Source: the human T2T-CHM13v2.0 reference genome, Homo sapiens. Taken from it: DNA of 64,000 nt. The stretch lies in the NCBI RefSeq assembly GCF_009914755.1, contig NC_060934.1; one strand, given 5' to 3'. Below, piece by piece: positions 21,421-36,384 of the stretch. The translations under genes were made by a program, and so were the position numbers. Under the pieces are notes generated by a model. That model searched no databases. It was not told where the DNA came from and saw only the letters and a list, made by a program, of their open reading frames with translations. Positions within the stretch are counted from its first letter, which is position 1; every line of letters starts with the position of its first letter.

Positions 21421-24400
21421 GAGAAATTCTGGTATTATTTTTAATAAGCAAATACTGGATTCAAATTAAATGTTCATGAATAGAGGACTGGTTTTAAATG
21501 ACTGTGGTGCAGCCTACCTGTGAAATTACAGATATCACTTAAAAGAATACAATGGGGCATAAATGTATTTGTATTTTTTTCTACCCAATACATCTTCTTA
21601 AGTAAAAAAATCACTGTACATTAATATAACAGTAAAAATATTACTGCACATTAATACATAATACTATATAAACCACTATACATAGTTAACATATATTTAG
21701 ATATATAAATATATGTATGTATATGTTTAACTACCTTTCTGAAAGAAGGTCCACAATTCCTGAGATGACTGTTGGGATTGGGTAAAAATGGCCTCGATGG
21801 TTATAAATAAGGAATTTCCAAGTTTTGTATTATATACATTGGTATTTTATAATATAAGCATTCCTATACTCCTTATAAAATGTAAAAAGTGAAGTAGATT
21901 ATTTATTCGTTAGATTAACCTTGTTTGTGGATAAACTTAAGGACCATTTTGATATTATTACAATATGAAAGGTATGCCTGAAGCATAGTGCAATAATTAT
22001 TTCTGTAGTTTATAATAGTACTGTATCATCATTATAGTACTAAAATCCCAAAATCTTAGCCATATACAAAACTTATTGTATATTTTTAAGATAACTTTTC
22101 ATTAAATCTTGTTTCATTTTTCTTTTATTTCCGAATTGTTTTGTTTCCTAGCAGAGTACTACTCAGCATATATCAATGTTCACAAGTAATTGCTTCTGGG
22201 TGCTATAAACATTTCTATAGATTATGAATTTTTGAAGAAACATCTATGATTAAAGTTTATAACGGTACTTTAGTTCATTATCTTTAAGGCATTTACCATA
22301 AGTGTCTGATGGCACAGATAAAGGTGTCTACTTAGAGTTATTTCTGTTTTATGTATTAGGAATGTAAATCTGCAGAAGCTGAATGAGTTTCAAAGTTTTA
22401 TAACAAACTGTTGCATTTAAAGAGACATTTATGTTCTGGAGTGGAAAATGATTGCACTGATGTTTTTATCAAACACCCTGATAGTTTTATAAGGTAGTCT
22501 GACCAACCTATAAAGTACTGCCTTCAATCCATACAACTGATATTAGAGGGAGAATAGCCTCTTCTATATACTTAGCAATAAAAGGAAATGTTCAAGTTGT
22601 CTCTTTGTGAATTCTTCAATAACTTCAAACAATTCATGTGGTTTTATACAATCTTCCCAACCTTCCTATTTTTATTCTACAAAACTATGTTGTTGAAAAT
22701 GCTTCAGGCAGAATATAGCCTAGAATATAACCCTTAGATAAAATGTATACATATACCTATGGTCACGTTCCTTGTAAAGAGAGCTATTTTACTCCATAAA
22801 CCACCATTATAGAATATTATACCACTATAAGCAAAAACTCAAAATAATGAGAAGAGGTTAAAAATCTCTCTCTATTCATTCATTATTTTTTCATGCAGTT
22901 AAAAAAATGAAAAGACTCACTAAAAATTTACAAAGTATCATGCTAATAATTAGGTCCTGAGAGTACCAAGAGAGACATAAATATATAAACATGTAATTAC
23001 AAGAGAATATTAAGTTATATAAAAATATACAGGAATGTAGAGAAGGGAAAAGTCACGTCTATCTAAATGAATCACAGGGACAAAATATACATGCCGAAGT
23101 GGGAACAATCAGTGGGAATGTGGCAGAACAAACTACATGTGGAAGAGAATGGTATTAGACACAACTAGGAAAAGAGTTGACTTTGTCTTGCATATGTGCA
23201 AATGATAATGATATACATCCACAAACATAAGTGCAACAGTTTAAGGAACTGTGGGACACCCTCTAAACCCATGCCAGCCTCTATCCTTACACATTCTTGC
23301 TGGGCTTTTTTCTCTGAGACAGGACAAAGAAAAGGACAGCCCTTGCAATAGTCATAGCCCAACACAGCTGCTTCCAGAAATCCCACTCATTCTTAATATC
23401 CAACTATACTTAGACTATTCTGATATTTGTTTGATATTCAATGATGAAAATAAACTCTTTCTCCACCGAGTTTGCACTTTATTTGTATCCATTACTTGGT
23501 AGGTAGCATATTCTGCTTTACATTACAATTATTTTCATTTCTATTTTATGTCTCATAAAAAAAAACAGCTTTCCTCTTTCTTTCCTCTGTGATGGCTAAA
23601 CCTGTCTTTTATGTAATATTAGTTTAAATATTTGTTTAATTTAATTTTATTCACTGACTCTTAGGATATAAGGTGATTTACTGCAATTCATTACAGACTT
23701 TCAATAAGTGAATTAAGGTAAGGATGGTTACATTAAACATCAAATAAGATAACGTACATTAGGTTACAAAATTAAAGCTCTAGATATTTTGGAAACATAT
23801 CTACTACCTTTTTTTCCTTCAGAGTGAGCTCCTCCTCTATAATCCATATATATTCCTGGGTATCAGAAAATAATCTGTCATTTACCATGTTATTTTCTTA
23901 AATCATTGAATTACATGGGGACCTTTTGGAAGTCTTGTGTTTTTCTTTGATATCAATAGTCTACTATGATTTTTTTTTTATTAGCCGGATGTCAGTGAGT
24001 TAAGAGAAACATGATCAGTCCTGTCAGCAAGGAAGGAATATGATAAGTGTCTGCGGAGTTCTCATTCTAGAAATTCTCTGTCTCCACTGAAAACAATGGG
24101 GCTTCCCGAAATTTGACAAGACCCATTCTTCAAGTTATGAAAAAATAATCAAAAGATCAATGGGAGCACACCAGGCACCATTTTTCTGAATTGAATTGAC
24201 ATTTTACTGTCAATCAATCTTCTGCTTGGGGCACGAAGTTTCACCAAACTAGATAAACCACTGAGGCCCTCTTTGGAATCCATGTAGTACATGACGCTAG
24301 ACTGATGAAGATGTGACTATAAGTTTCCAGAGATTACACTTATTTTCTAATGTTTCAAATACAAAATTTGACTGGGGTTTGCTATTCCCTGTATGAAATT

Positions 24401-24595
24401 GCTTTTTTGTCTGTCTACTTAGGGAGACTAATAGTGATGATGATATTCACATCAACAACAAAAACAAATCAAATTGTGTGTAAAATGCACACATCACTCT
24501 AAGTAAGATCCAAAACAAAAAAAAAAGTGCAAAATGAGATGTTGCATTAGCACGAGGTCAATGAAATAACCGCGGAGAGTCCGTGGGAAACATCA

Positions 24596-24874
<279 letters not shown>

Positions 24875-26769
24875 TTAAAAAAAGGTGGGGAGAAATGTAT
24901 AAATCACTGAAGAATAAATTTATTTCTCATAGCAAATACAGTTTATACTTCTCAATATTCATTATTAATTGTTCTCATTCTATCCCTGGAGATATAGCCT
25001 ACTTTACCAAAAATCTAAGCTTATAGTTTTTTTAAAAAAATACAGTGAAATATATTATTGTAATTTTGGAAGAACTAAACACTTTTATGGTTTAAAATCC
25101 TATTCAGCTTTGATTATTATGATTACATTCTCTTCCACCATCAATTCTTTTGATATCTCAATTCTGAGGGCTATTTGGGTCATGTGTTAATATTCTTATA
25201 TGCCTCCATAGCTCTTAGCATTGGATACTTATAAGTTATATAATAAAAGCTTCTTGATTACATCCAAAATATTAGTCCACTTGATGTTGTGGTGTAGGAT
25301 AGAGTGAAAATAAACCATATCTGTGAGACATGAAAACAAAGTTCTTGCTCCACGTCATCTATCCATGGCTGTCTATGAGATCTTGAGAAAATTATTTTGT
25401 CTTCCCAGTCAAAGAAATGAATGAGAGAGCAGGGGGAGATTTCAAGGTATCTTTTATCTCTAAAATGTTATATTTCTTATCCTTCGATAATATCCAGATT
25501 TCTTAAAGACCTTAAAAATGTAGAAAGTTATTTATTGTCATGAAAACATTACTGACTTCTCTTGAGCTTCACGTACTATTGCAAAATCTGGATATCTGGA
25601 TCCATCTCCAAGCCTTATAAAACAGAAACAGTAGATATCAGAGCAGGTATAGAACAATGATTTGTTAGGGTAAAGCTTCAAACCATGATATTATAGACAT
25701 TCAGGAAATTTAGGGAGTGTGTGTGTGTGTGTGTGTCTGTGTGTCTGTGTGTCTGTGTTTAAAATGCATGGAGGTGCCATGTAGTAGCAACTGTGCATTC
25801 TGGGAGCTTTTTGGGTGGGCAGTAAAAGGGTTGATTGGGCTCCTCTTGTCACTCTTTTCAGAAGTTATTCTAAACTGTAACTTATTTTTAAATTACAACT
25901 TCTCCAACTCAGAATACCATATGCTGGGTTCCGGGATTTCTTTCTTCCTTTGTTCTATTTTCTTCTCTTGACAGCCTATTTTCTGTTTCTCTCCAAGGAC
26001 TTATCCAGATTTGCTCCTTGTTTAAAAATTTTATTGCTTATTTTATATTCATTCAATTATTATATTTTTCTTAAAACTTAACACCAAAGAATGTTTAATC
26101 TTTGTTTCCTCCACCCCTCTGGTAGCACACCAAACCTGTGGCAGAGTTGAGTGAGAATTGTGTTATTGTTTTGATTTGGCCACATCTCTCTTTTGGATCA
26201 AGTTATAATTTCCCACTTTTTTACTTTGGAAAAAAAATCAAGTTCCCAAGAACAATTCTATGAGAGGAAAAATAAAAGCTTTCCTCAGCAAAACTTATAA
26301 GAAGAAAAAAAGATCCTTCAGATTTGTCTAAAGAGAATATGTATCTATCCATATGTGACCAAGGTATATGAAAGTGTGTGTGTGTGTGTGCTTTGGCTGC
26401 AATACTCACACACATTTGTATGAATTCACTCTTCATGGTTTTTTCATGGAACAAGAGTTTAGAATGAAGGTTATAACATACATAGAAAGCAATAAAAGCA
26501 ACAAAATTTTCTTCTATCATAAGCTTACAAGCTTGTAGAGTGGTCAAGATAAATATATGTGAAATGTTAAATAACTAGGTCATCGTTCTCAAATACATGG
26601 ATTGGACATTCAGAGCAATCCAATTTTCTTATTCACTATGAAATATTTTTCTATGTAAAGAAATGTAAAGATATATCACTAGGTTAATAACTGCATAGTC
26701 TTCCATCATATGTGTGTATATATATATAATCATTTTAGCTTTTTGTTGCACATGAGCAATTGTAAAATA

Positions 26770-27088
26770 CAGCTATGCATGACATAAGGATGCTTCAATC
26801 AACAAAGTATGCGTAAAATTATAACACTATATTTTTCTGCACTTTTTCTATGTTTAGGTATGTATAGGTATACCAACACTTATCATTCCATTACAATGCC
26901 TGCAGTATTCAATACAGTCATGCTGAAGGTTTGTAGTCTGGAACTATAGGCTCTATCATGTAGCCTAGGTGTGTAATAGGCTCTGCTATCTAGGTTTGTG
27001 TAAGGAAACTGTGATGTTTGCACAATGATGAAATCATCTAACAATGCATTTCTCAGACTATGTCCCGCTGTTAAGCGACATATGACTG
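26770..27088 (+). mobile_element. Tigger3a (MER7A) MITE
   Basis: TA|CAGCTATGCA...CATATGACTG|TA terminal inverted repeats; internal TAGCCTAGGTGTGTAATAGGCT...CTAGGTTTGTGTAAG. Confidence 0.88.
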
Positions 27089-27486
27089 TATTTGCAATTA
27101 CTAACAGCTCTGCAATTAACCTACATATACTAGAATCAGTGGCAGCAGGAACTATAGCAGACATTATCAGTGCTTTATCCGTATTCCTTGGAGACACACC
27201 ATGTCTGGTCAGTCCAGCCAAACTTCCAACTGCCAACACTTGTGATTCTTTGCCTAAAAGTTCTCTCAGGCTTCGGGAGCCTGCTCTAAGTGTGCATTGA
27301 GCATTCTGGAAGTTCCAGGGCATATCATCCCTCCGAGTGATGACAGGTTTCATAGATGATAGCACTCCAGTCCTTCATGCCTTATATGAGTCAGTCAATC
27401 TGAAGCCAATATACTGCATATGACCAAGAATTCTGCAATGGGAATAAACTCCAGTTGTCCATAGTGGTAAATTGCTTGATAACTTT

Positions 27487-27815
27487 ATATATATATTTTT
27501 ATTTTTATTATTGTTATTACCTTTTTAGAGGCAGGGTCTCCCTTTGTCACCCAGGCTGGAGAGCAATAGTGAAATCATAGCTCACTGCAACCTTAAACTC
27601 TTGGGCTCAAGCAATCTCCCCACCTGAACCTCCCCAGTAGCTGGGGACCACTGATGTTCACCACCATGCCTGGCTAATTAAAAAAAAAAAAATTTAGAGA
27701 TGGGATCTTGCCATGTTGCCCAGGCTGGTCTCAAACTTCTGGCCTCAAGTGATTCTCCCACCTTAGCCTCACAAAGTGCTAGGATTACAGGAGGTGTGAG
27801 CCACCACACCTGGCC
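27487..27815 (-). mobile_element. AluJ
   Basis: Reverse Alu dimer with J-type features (ATCATAGCTCACTGC, GGGCTCAAGC). Confidence 0.92.
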
Positions 27816-27829
27816 TACTTGTTAACTTT

Positions 27830-28209
<380 letters not shown>

Positions 28210-28702
28210 TAATGAACTATTTTAATTGTGTCTTGCCATCTACTTTTAATGGAATCCAGAAATGTCTATCATTGTAAACTCAGGCTAAATGTATGGACAT
28301 CACGTCTTGTGTCATGTGTCTCTGACACAGACAGGCCACAGGGACACCTAATTACAAGAAGGAACTCCAAAAATTATTTTTGCAAACCTATCTTTTATCC
28401 CACAATTCTTTTTCTTAGTGTTACTTTTTTTTTTTCTTTCTTGGAATCAATAGCAAAAATGCAGGATGGAAGAATGTTAGAGTTTTCAAGTCAATACTAG
28501 TTTCTAAACAGCATCAATTTGGATTATGTTTTCACTGTCAGCCTCAAATCTGAGAGGGAAGACCAGAAGCATGAGATAAATACACCACTCATCCCCTCAT
28601 TTTATCACCTTTTCTTTAATTTTTTTAAAGAATTTTCTTCCCTTTCCGTTTTTTTTTTTTTTGCTTATTCAAAAGTGCCTGTGCTTTCAGGAGCATCTCA
28701 AA

Positions 28703-28995
28703 CAGCAATATTCCGTAGAAATATAATGTGAGCTACATATGGGATTTAAAATTTTCTAGCAGCTGCATTTTAAAAATAAAAAGGTAAAATTAATATTAAC
28801 GTGTTTAATTTAACCCAACATAATCAAAGATTGTCATATTAACACACAATGTAAATATAGGTATTTACATTCTTTTTGATGTCATTCAAGCCTGCTGTTC
28901 ATTTTTCACTTATAGTGCATCTCAATTTGGATTAGCTGTGGGTCAGATGCTTCATAGCTACTGTAGCTAATTGCTGCCCTATTGGACAGCACGGC
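28703..28995 (+). mobile_element. MER33 (hAT-Charlie)
   Basis: TAGAAATATAATGTGAGCTACATATG...ATTGGACAGCAC pattern. Confidence 0.75.
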
Positions 28996-29429
28996 TCTAG
29001 AACACTTCTGCGAAACTACCAGAACCTTCTTCATTATCTCTTACTGTGCTTATTTTTTTTCTAAGCATGTATTGTCTCCCAAGAGAATGATAGCAGCAAT
29101 AAATATGATACCTCTCTATAGGAGGCTTATGAAGAATGCTCACATAAATTATCTAGGAGAGGTACCAGGCTTCACTCTCCTATTTTATTCTCCACTGAGC
29201 TGTACAATTAGTGGGTGTTCAAGAAACACTTGATGAAAAAATTAAGTGATGCATTTCAGCAGACAGACTGGTATGCATGGAGACGAGTGAGATGATCTAA
29301 ACATGCCTTGCTGACAATAAGATAATAGCCCGCCTGAATAGGGCTGTAGAAAAGCACTTTTGATTTAACTGAAGGAATAAAGAGAAAAATAACTTATTTT
29401 TGTCTAGTGGTTTGCATTTCCTGTGCAGG

Positions 29430-29505
29430 ATATATAGCTATAGATATAGATATAGATACAGATACAGATACAGATACAGATACAGATATAGATATAGACA
29501 GATAT
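29430..29505. repeat. (ATAGAT)/(ACAGAT)n hexamer microsatellite
   Basis: Directly visible. Confidence 0.9.
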
Positions 29506-29668
29506 CAGAAACATAAAGAACACACCTGAATGTGGATTTCCATGAATGTCGGGGATTCACTGGGGGATCTCTTTGTATTTTCATATATTTTCCTTTGGAC
29601 CAAGGAAAGGTAGATTATGAGGCTGAATGGGGGTTTTTATTGACATGGTGCCCTCTCCTATGACTCTG

Positions 29669-29913
29669 GATATGTGTATATATATATATCCGTATATATA
29701 CACACACACATACATATATATTTGGTGACACATATATATGTATACATATGCGTGTACACACACACATATATGTGTATATATGCATATATACACACGCGTA
29801 TATGTGTATATATGCGTATATACACACGCGTATATGTGTATATATGCGTATATACACACGCGTATATGTGTATATATGCGTATATACACACGAGTATATG
29901 TGTATATATGTAT
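29669..29913. repeat. Alternating purine/pyrimidine tract containing a 32-bp minisatellite (about 4.6 copies)
   Basis: Unit TATATGTGTATATATGCGTATATACACACGCG; CACACG recurs at 29791, 29823, 29855 and 29887. Confidence 0.92.
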
Positions 29914-30385
29914 AGACAGAGAGAGAGAAGTTAAGAGCAATATATGTTTTTCTACATTCATAATTAAGGACACTGACTGAGTTTCAGGGAGTTAAAATGA
30001 CTTATTCAAGATCCCAGAGCTGGTCAACAGTGGAGGCAAAACTAAGATCTGACTTCTGCCCTATTCTGCCCACCCTCTTGCACCCCTGTTTTAAAAACAA
30101 ATAGTACATCACCATTACGCCTTTTTAAGGATGTTTCATATGGCCAGCAATTTAAAGTACATGGGTCATATTTTTTAATAGAGCAAAGTGAATGACATCA
30201 AGAATACACACAAACTCTCCATATATTTCCAATCAGTGGATCTAAGACCTATAAAATTGTTCTTTTTTGTATTAGTCTGAAACGTATGGAAAGGAAATTC
30301 TTTAGGGAAACATTAACATCCTTTGCTTCTATCATCTAGCACTTCCTCTAGAATTAAGCAAACAACAACACAAACACACTGGCAT

Positions 30386-30417
<32 letters not shown>

Positions 30418-31121
30418 AACAAAACCAATACATTGTCTGGCCTTACTTACTCATTTTAGTTAAAGAGCAGTGCTTGCTTAATTGCTATTCTGAAGCAAAA
30501 AATGTGGACGTTTCTGGTACTGTGATTACTTCAGCTGTAGTTCAAGAAGCACTGAAATTGTTACCCTGAATCTTCACGTCCACATTTTTGCATGTTGTAA
30601 TTTTAGAGCCACTCAAATTCTCTAATGATCTGATAATGTAGTGTAGTTCACATGTAAATATCAGGTTGCCAGAGCAGAAACTCTACTGTTGAAAAATTAT
30701 ATACCAACAGAACAATTATAACATTTCTATGGAAGAAAGGCCCACATTTTATTTCTAAATTACCCTTGCAACATTTCTTAAATATTACTTGTTAAGTAAG
30801 CAATGCACATTATGATAACACACATGCATATATTCAAATAAACATTTACCAGTGGCATATCTCTGAACAAAAGTAAACCTTCAACAATTTGTTGTTGTCA
30901 AAGTTTGCTTCCTTATAATCTGGCATTAATTGAATCATGAATCTTTTAATGTACAAGCTGCTATAATTCATTGGTATCGGATTCATTTAAAATTGTCTTG
31001 CAAAAAAAGGAAGGAAATAAATTAGCAATAAATATAATCTATGTCTGTGTTCACTAATCAACTGCTATGGCTAGGTGTGAACTTTTACATAAGTTATTTC
31101 CTCCTAATTAGAAAAGGAGAG

Positions 31122-31123
<2 letters not shown>

Positions 31124-31156
<33 letters not shown>
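31124..31156. repeat. (GA)n microsatellite
   Basis: Directly visible. Confidence 0.95.
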
Positions 31157-31158
<2 letters not shown>

Positions 31159-31777
31159 AGGAAGAAAAATAATTTCTAACATATAATTTGTCTATTGAAA
31201 AGCTGGTAACAGAGTACAAGTATAGCTTACTTTATTTTTATAGGATAATACCAGTAATGATATTCTTTACCTTTTATTTTATTTTTCTTGTCTCCCTCCT
31301 ACTGTGGTATGTTTAGTTAGAAAATAAATTGGTTTAAAACTTCTGAACTTTGCATTAGAGTTATACTGAAGGCAACAACTCCAATGGGCAAACAGACGTG
31401 ACTGTGCTTTGCCATTATCCTGTCATCAAAAAATAAAAACTCCACTCCTTTTTATTCATCATTCAGTCATGACAATGGGATTGTGGGAACGAGGCAGCTC
31501 CATTTACTGATCTTGCATGTAGCTGCTGCTGTCGTTGCAAACAAGGGAGAAGAGCGTGCTGATAAAGCCCTGCTGTTGTCTATGGGTAACATTCTTGTTC
31601 TACAGATGCCATAATGATGGTAGGATGTTCTTTATTTTAGTGGAATTAAATAACACTTTCTATGTCAAAGGGAAAAGGTGAAGTCATCCATGGGGTGAAT
31701 CACCAAAATCCTAGAAAGAAGCGTGCCTCTCAGAGGAGAGGTGGCTTGCGGTGTGGGAATTGTCCTTAATTGACCTA

Positions 31778-32124
<347 letters not shown>

Positions 32125-32294
32125 TTATTTTACAAATATTTACAAAGATATAGTGTGACAAGTAGTTCGTACTTGAACCTGGGCCTTAAAGAAAGCTGTT
32201 TTGGGGTCCAGTTGGGGTTTGTGATTTCAATCACAGCAGAAAAGCTCAGAGGAAGCAAACTGAAGGGAAAGGAATTCTGGGTCATGTGGCCCTG

Positions 32295-32371
32295 CCCCCC
32301 TGCCAGCCTGCAGTGTCCTTGCCCCCTGCCAGCCTGCAGTGTCCTTGCCCCCTGCCAGCCTGCAATGTCCT
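32295..32371. repeat. 26-bp tandem repeat x3
   Basis: CCCCCTGCCAGCCTGCAGTGTCCTTG; TGCCAGCC at 32301, 32327 and 32353. Confidence 0.92.
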
Positions 32372-32566
32372 CTTTATGCTAAACTCTTAGAGGCTTTGGC
32401 TGTGTTGCTGTTTTATAGGTAAGGCATATCTCTCATAAAAATAAATGGCAGACTGAAGGGACTGTTGGTGTTCATTTGAAAAGAACACAATATACTACCA
32501 AGTATTCTTGGGATAAGTGTAACTTCCCTGTGTTCATGATGTAATCTTCTAGAAAATTAGTTATCA

Positions 32567-33135
32567 CGTGGTATTTGGTTTTCTGTCACTGCATTAGTTT
32601 GCTAAGGACAGTGGCCTCCAGCTCCATCCATGTCCCTGCAAAGGACACGTTCTCATTCCTTTTTATGGCTGCATAGTATTCCATGGTGTATATGCAACCA
32701 CATTTTCTTTATCCAGTCTATCACCGGTGGGCATTTAGGTTGATTCCCTGTCTTTGCTATTGTGCATAGTGCTGCAGTGATCATATGCATGCATGTGTCT
32801 TTGTAATAGAATGATTTCTATTCCTTTGGGTATATACCCAGTAATGGGATTGCTGGGTCAAATGGTATTTCTTTCTTTAGGTCTCTGAAGAATCTCCACT
32901 CTTATAACTGGGAGGTAAATGATGAGAACACACGGACACATAGAAGGGAACAACACACACTGGGGCCTATTGGAGGTTGGAGGCTGAGAGGAGGGAGAGG
33001 ATCAGAAAAAATAACTAATGGGTACTAGGCTTAATACCTGGGTGATAAAATAATCTGTAAAACCAATACCCATGACACAGGTTTGCCTATGTAACAAACC
33101 TTCACCTGCACCCCTGAACTTAAAATAATGTTTTA
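32567..33135 (+). mobile_element. Old L1PA (PA15/16-like) 3' end with 5' inversion
   Basis: 32565-32899 is antisense ORF2 end, 32897-33135 is sense 3'UTR; degenerate TSD AAAATTAGTTATCA (32553) / AAAATTAGTGGTCA (33136). Confidence 0.85.
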
Positions 33136-34234
33136 AAAATTAGTGGTCATTAAAACAACTCTATATGTTGCTATAGAAATTCTCAGAAAAGAAACATTTA
33201 ACCTTTGCATTTATTTTTGAGGAGTGGAGCAATGTATGCCTTCTCCCTATCTGATTATTTCCTCTTGGACATATTTCTCATGATAGCTATAGAGCCAAAC
33301 TAGCAGACGGATTTTCTTTAGAAAGGTTCCTATATGACAATCCCCTGTTCTGTGAAGCATTATCATTTCCACTTCCTACATAGCCTCCCAGTTGGGTTTG
33401 TTTTTATTCAGAGGCACCCGATCAGCTTTCTAGAGGTAGCATGTAAGTGATTTGGAATGTTTCTACCCTCATGTTTGTCCCTAAACTGACGGATTTCCCT
33501 CCTTTGGTTAATGGAAAATGGATCCAGAGTTCATGAGCTAATTTGAATTTTTCCTTTTTCCTTTCACATCCATGTTTTAAGTCTGTGGAGGAACTGAAGG
33601 CTCATGGCCAAATGTCAGCACTATTTCAGTGAATAAGAGTGTTTAGTGAAACTATTCCAAACAGCCTATTTCTTTGCCAACCCAATAAAGCATCAAAAAG
33701 GCCTCTGGTAGCTATAGCAACATAACCACAAGCTGCTCAATTTTCAACACTATTTTTTATATCCTATTCCCCCTCCATTTTGCAGAAAATCAGAAGCTAA
33801 TGGGACGCAGCTGCCTTCACTTTGGTTTGCTTAGAAAGCTAAATTTAAATTGTGTCTTGCTTTATTCATTTAATTAATAGTGCATCAGGTTTCAACATAC
33901 AAGCACAATGTATCTGAAGCCCTAAGATTCATGGAAAACACGCAACAGAAGAATTTTACTATAAGACATGCAGGCAAAAGATATCCAACTAGCACTTTGA
34001 ATTAGTTCATTAAAAATCACTCACAAATAAAACACCTTAATGTATAACAGATGACGTGGCATTAGTTGAATAGTGATTAAGATCTAACTAGGCAGCAGTT
34101 AACAAGAGAAAATCACATTGATAAAACAGGTAGTTGGGCATGAAGATACTGAAATCAGCTGTCTGGTCTCATATTATAATTTGCTAACTGTAACTATTGT
34201 TCCTTATGTCAAAGTAACAGGTTAAATAGTGTTA

Positions 34235-34295
34235 TATCTATCTATCTGTCTATCTATTATCTATCTATCTATATCTATCTATCTATCTATCTATC
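34235..34295. repeat. (TCTA)n tetranucleotide STR
   Basis: Directly visible, imperfect. Confidence 0.9.
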
Positions 34296-35357
34296 AAATC
34301 TCTCTGTATAGTAGCATTCCTCTTTAACTCTCAAATTCAGTGTGAAAGATCCATTTACTTTAGGAACCACTTTAGTACAGAAAATCTATAGAGTTCATAA
34401 ATTCAAGATTTGGAGTTTTGAATATCTATTGCTTTTGATTTATGTGGCATTTATTATTAGCTGTATTTATCATCATCAAAAGGACTGTATCTAAGACACC
34501 TAACTCTGGCAAGAACTGTGCACCAAGTAAAAACTCATTTTCTCTAATCATACAATCATTCTTTTATGTTTCGTTTGCTCATCTACCTACTCAAATAGTT
34601 ATTGAGCAGTTATTAGGTGTGCAGCTAGATATTGCAGATATGGGCATGCCATAAAATACAAGTTCTATATGTAGACATGTAAAAATAATTGAATAGAGTT
34701 TGATAGGTGTTACAAAATATGTTATGCAAAGTATATAATGCAGATGGACCATATTTTGAGAATACATATTTTGCGAATTATAGGGAAGGAAATGAGCAAC
34801 TTCCCCTGTGAAGGAAAGGGCAGATGAGGAGACGTACTTTAGAGGTATTGATGTTGAAACTGCACCTGAAGCAAGAGTAACAGCTCTTTGGTTGTGCAGC
34901 AGTTGCAAAGTGACAGTGGCATAAAACATGTTAAAAGTGAGAAATTGCAGATTGTGTCTTTGGGGTTGTCCTAAACCCCCATTAATGTCAAAGGATGCCC
35001 TATTGTCTGAAAATCTGAAAGGGGTTTTGATCTGAAGAAATTTCCAGGAATTGGGTGCACATCTGTTCAGCAATCCTAATTTGAAAAAGAAACTAATAAT
35101 TATGATGCATCCTGCATGTATCAGAACAACGCTAAACCCTTTAACAATAACTATGCCTTATCTCAACAGCATTATTTTTAGCTTCATTTGACTTGTAAGG
35201 AAGCTGAGATTCCTTACCTCAAACAAAAGGTTAGGGAAATTGTTCAAACTTTGCAAGGGGCAGAGACAGTGTTTACAATTGTTCAAACTTTGCAAGGGGC
35301 AGAGACAGGCATGTCTACCTGTCTTCAAAATGAATGCTCTCCAAACAATCATTCCAA

Positions 35358-35995
35358 TGAAGCGGTGTCATTGCCTGGGACAAATACTTGAGGCTCGTTG
35401 TCTTATGCCAAGGAAATCGAGGATGCAGACACAAAAGAAGTGAGTTTTGGTGTGGAGGTTTTAATAGGTGAGCGAAAAGCAAAAAGCTCTCTCTGCTACA
35501 GAGAGGGAGGGGATTCACATAGGGTCTTCTGGTTCCGTGGTGAAATGCACGGGGAGTTTTATAGACCAGCTTGAGGAGATGGTATCTGATTTACTTAGAG
35601 CCTAAAAGATTGGTCAGACCAGGTGTCATTTACGTAGCACACAAAGAGGCTGGCCATCTCACCCTAATCTTTTATCATGCAGATAGAGTCTCTACCTGGC
35701 CATTGTCATGGTGCCTGCCTTTTATTGCACACATAGTGACACAAAAAAGGGAAGAGGGAACCTCCATGTTGAATATACCTGGCTTCCAGGTGTCCCTTTT
35801 CTATTGTCACAGCTCTGGCATTTGCCTATGCAAGCTTCCAGCTTGCTTACCTATGTCTGCAGCTCAATTTTACAGCCTGCTATCTGTTAGAAAGGAAATG
35901 ATTTGGGGGCTGCTTTTTATTAAAAAGAAACCTTATCGAGGACTCTCTTACCCTCAGTATCAACCTAAATAATTTCTTTTTTAGCTCCTGTATCA
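35358..35995 (-). mobile_element. MER50-like ERV1 solo LTR
   Basis: TG...CA ends; minus strand starts TGATACAGGAGCTAAAAAAGAAATTATTTAGG...GAGGGTAAGAGAGTCCTCG. Confidence 0.8.
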
Positions 35996-36384
35996 ACAAA
36001 GCCAATGTCCTAAAGATCAGAGCTTTAGACACAAAGGAAGGCCAATGAATAAGAAGAAATCAGTGGGAAAGGGATTAAGAATAGCAGTCCCACCTTGATG
36101 GCACTCTCAGGCAAGAGGCCCTGTCTTTCTGATGCTGTCAGGTAAGAAATATACAGAAAGGCCGTGAGACAAAGACCTCTCTATTGACAGGCTATTTGAT
36201 AAGCTCAGGCTTAAAAAAAAAAATGTGTTTTTCTTTGTGGTTTTAACCTTGACCAAGTTAACCGATTCATTATATGTGGGTCCTGCAATGCACTGTGCCT
36301 TTGAACCCACTTCCGTTCAACATTCTAGTAACATTGTGGCAAAGGAACTGGTCCCCTAGCTCCTGTACCATCCTGTAATCATGG

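Noticed and set aside
23810-24140. Polypyrimidine-AG sites that could be exon starts
   Set aside because: No convincing donor or ORF; cannot be supported without transcript data.
26883-27365. 160-aa ORF and an opposite-strand 91-aa ORF
   Set aside because: They span a Tigger3a and an LTR relic; no recognisable domain.
29581-29980. Several Y/I/H/T/V-rich ORFs
   Set aside because: Products of the stop-poor RY repeat.
31380-31760. Scattered TGTGGGAA and GATA motifs (also TGACGTGG at about 34052)
   Set aside because: Isolated short motifs expected by chance.
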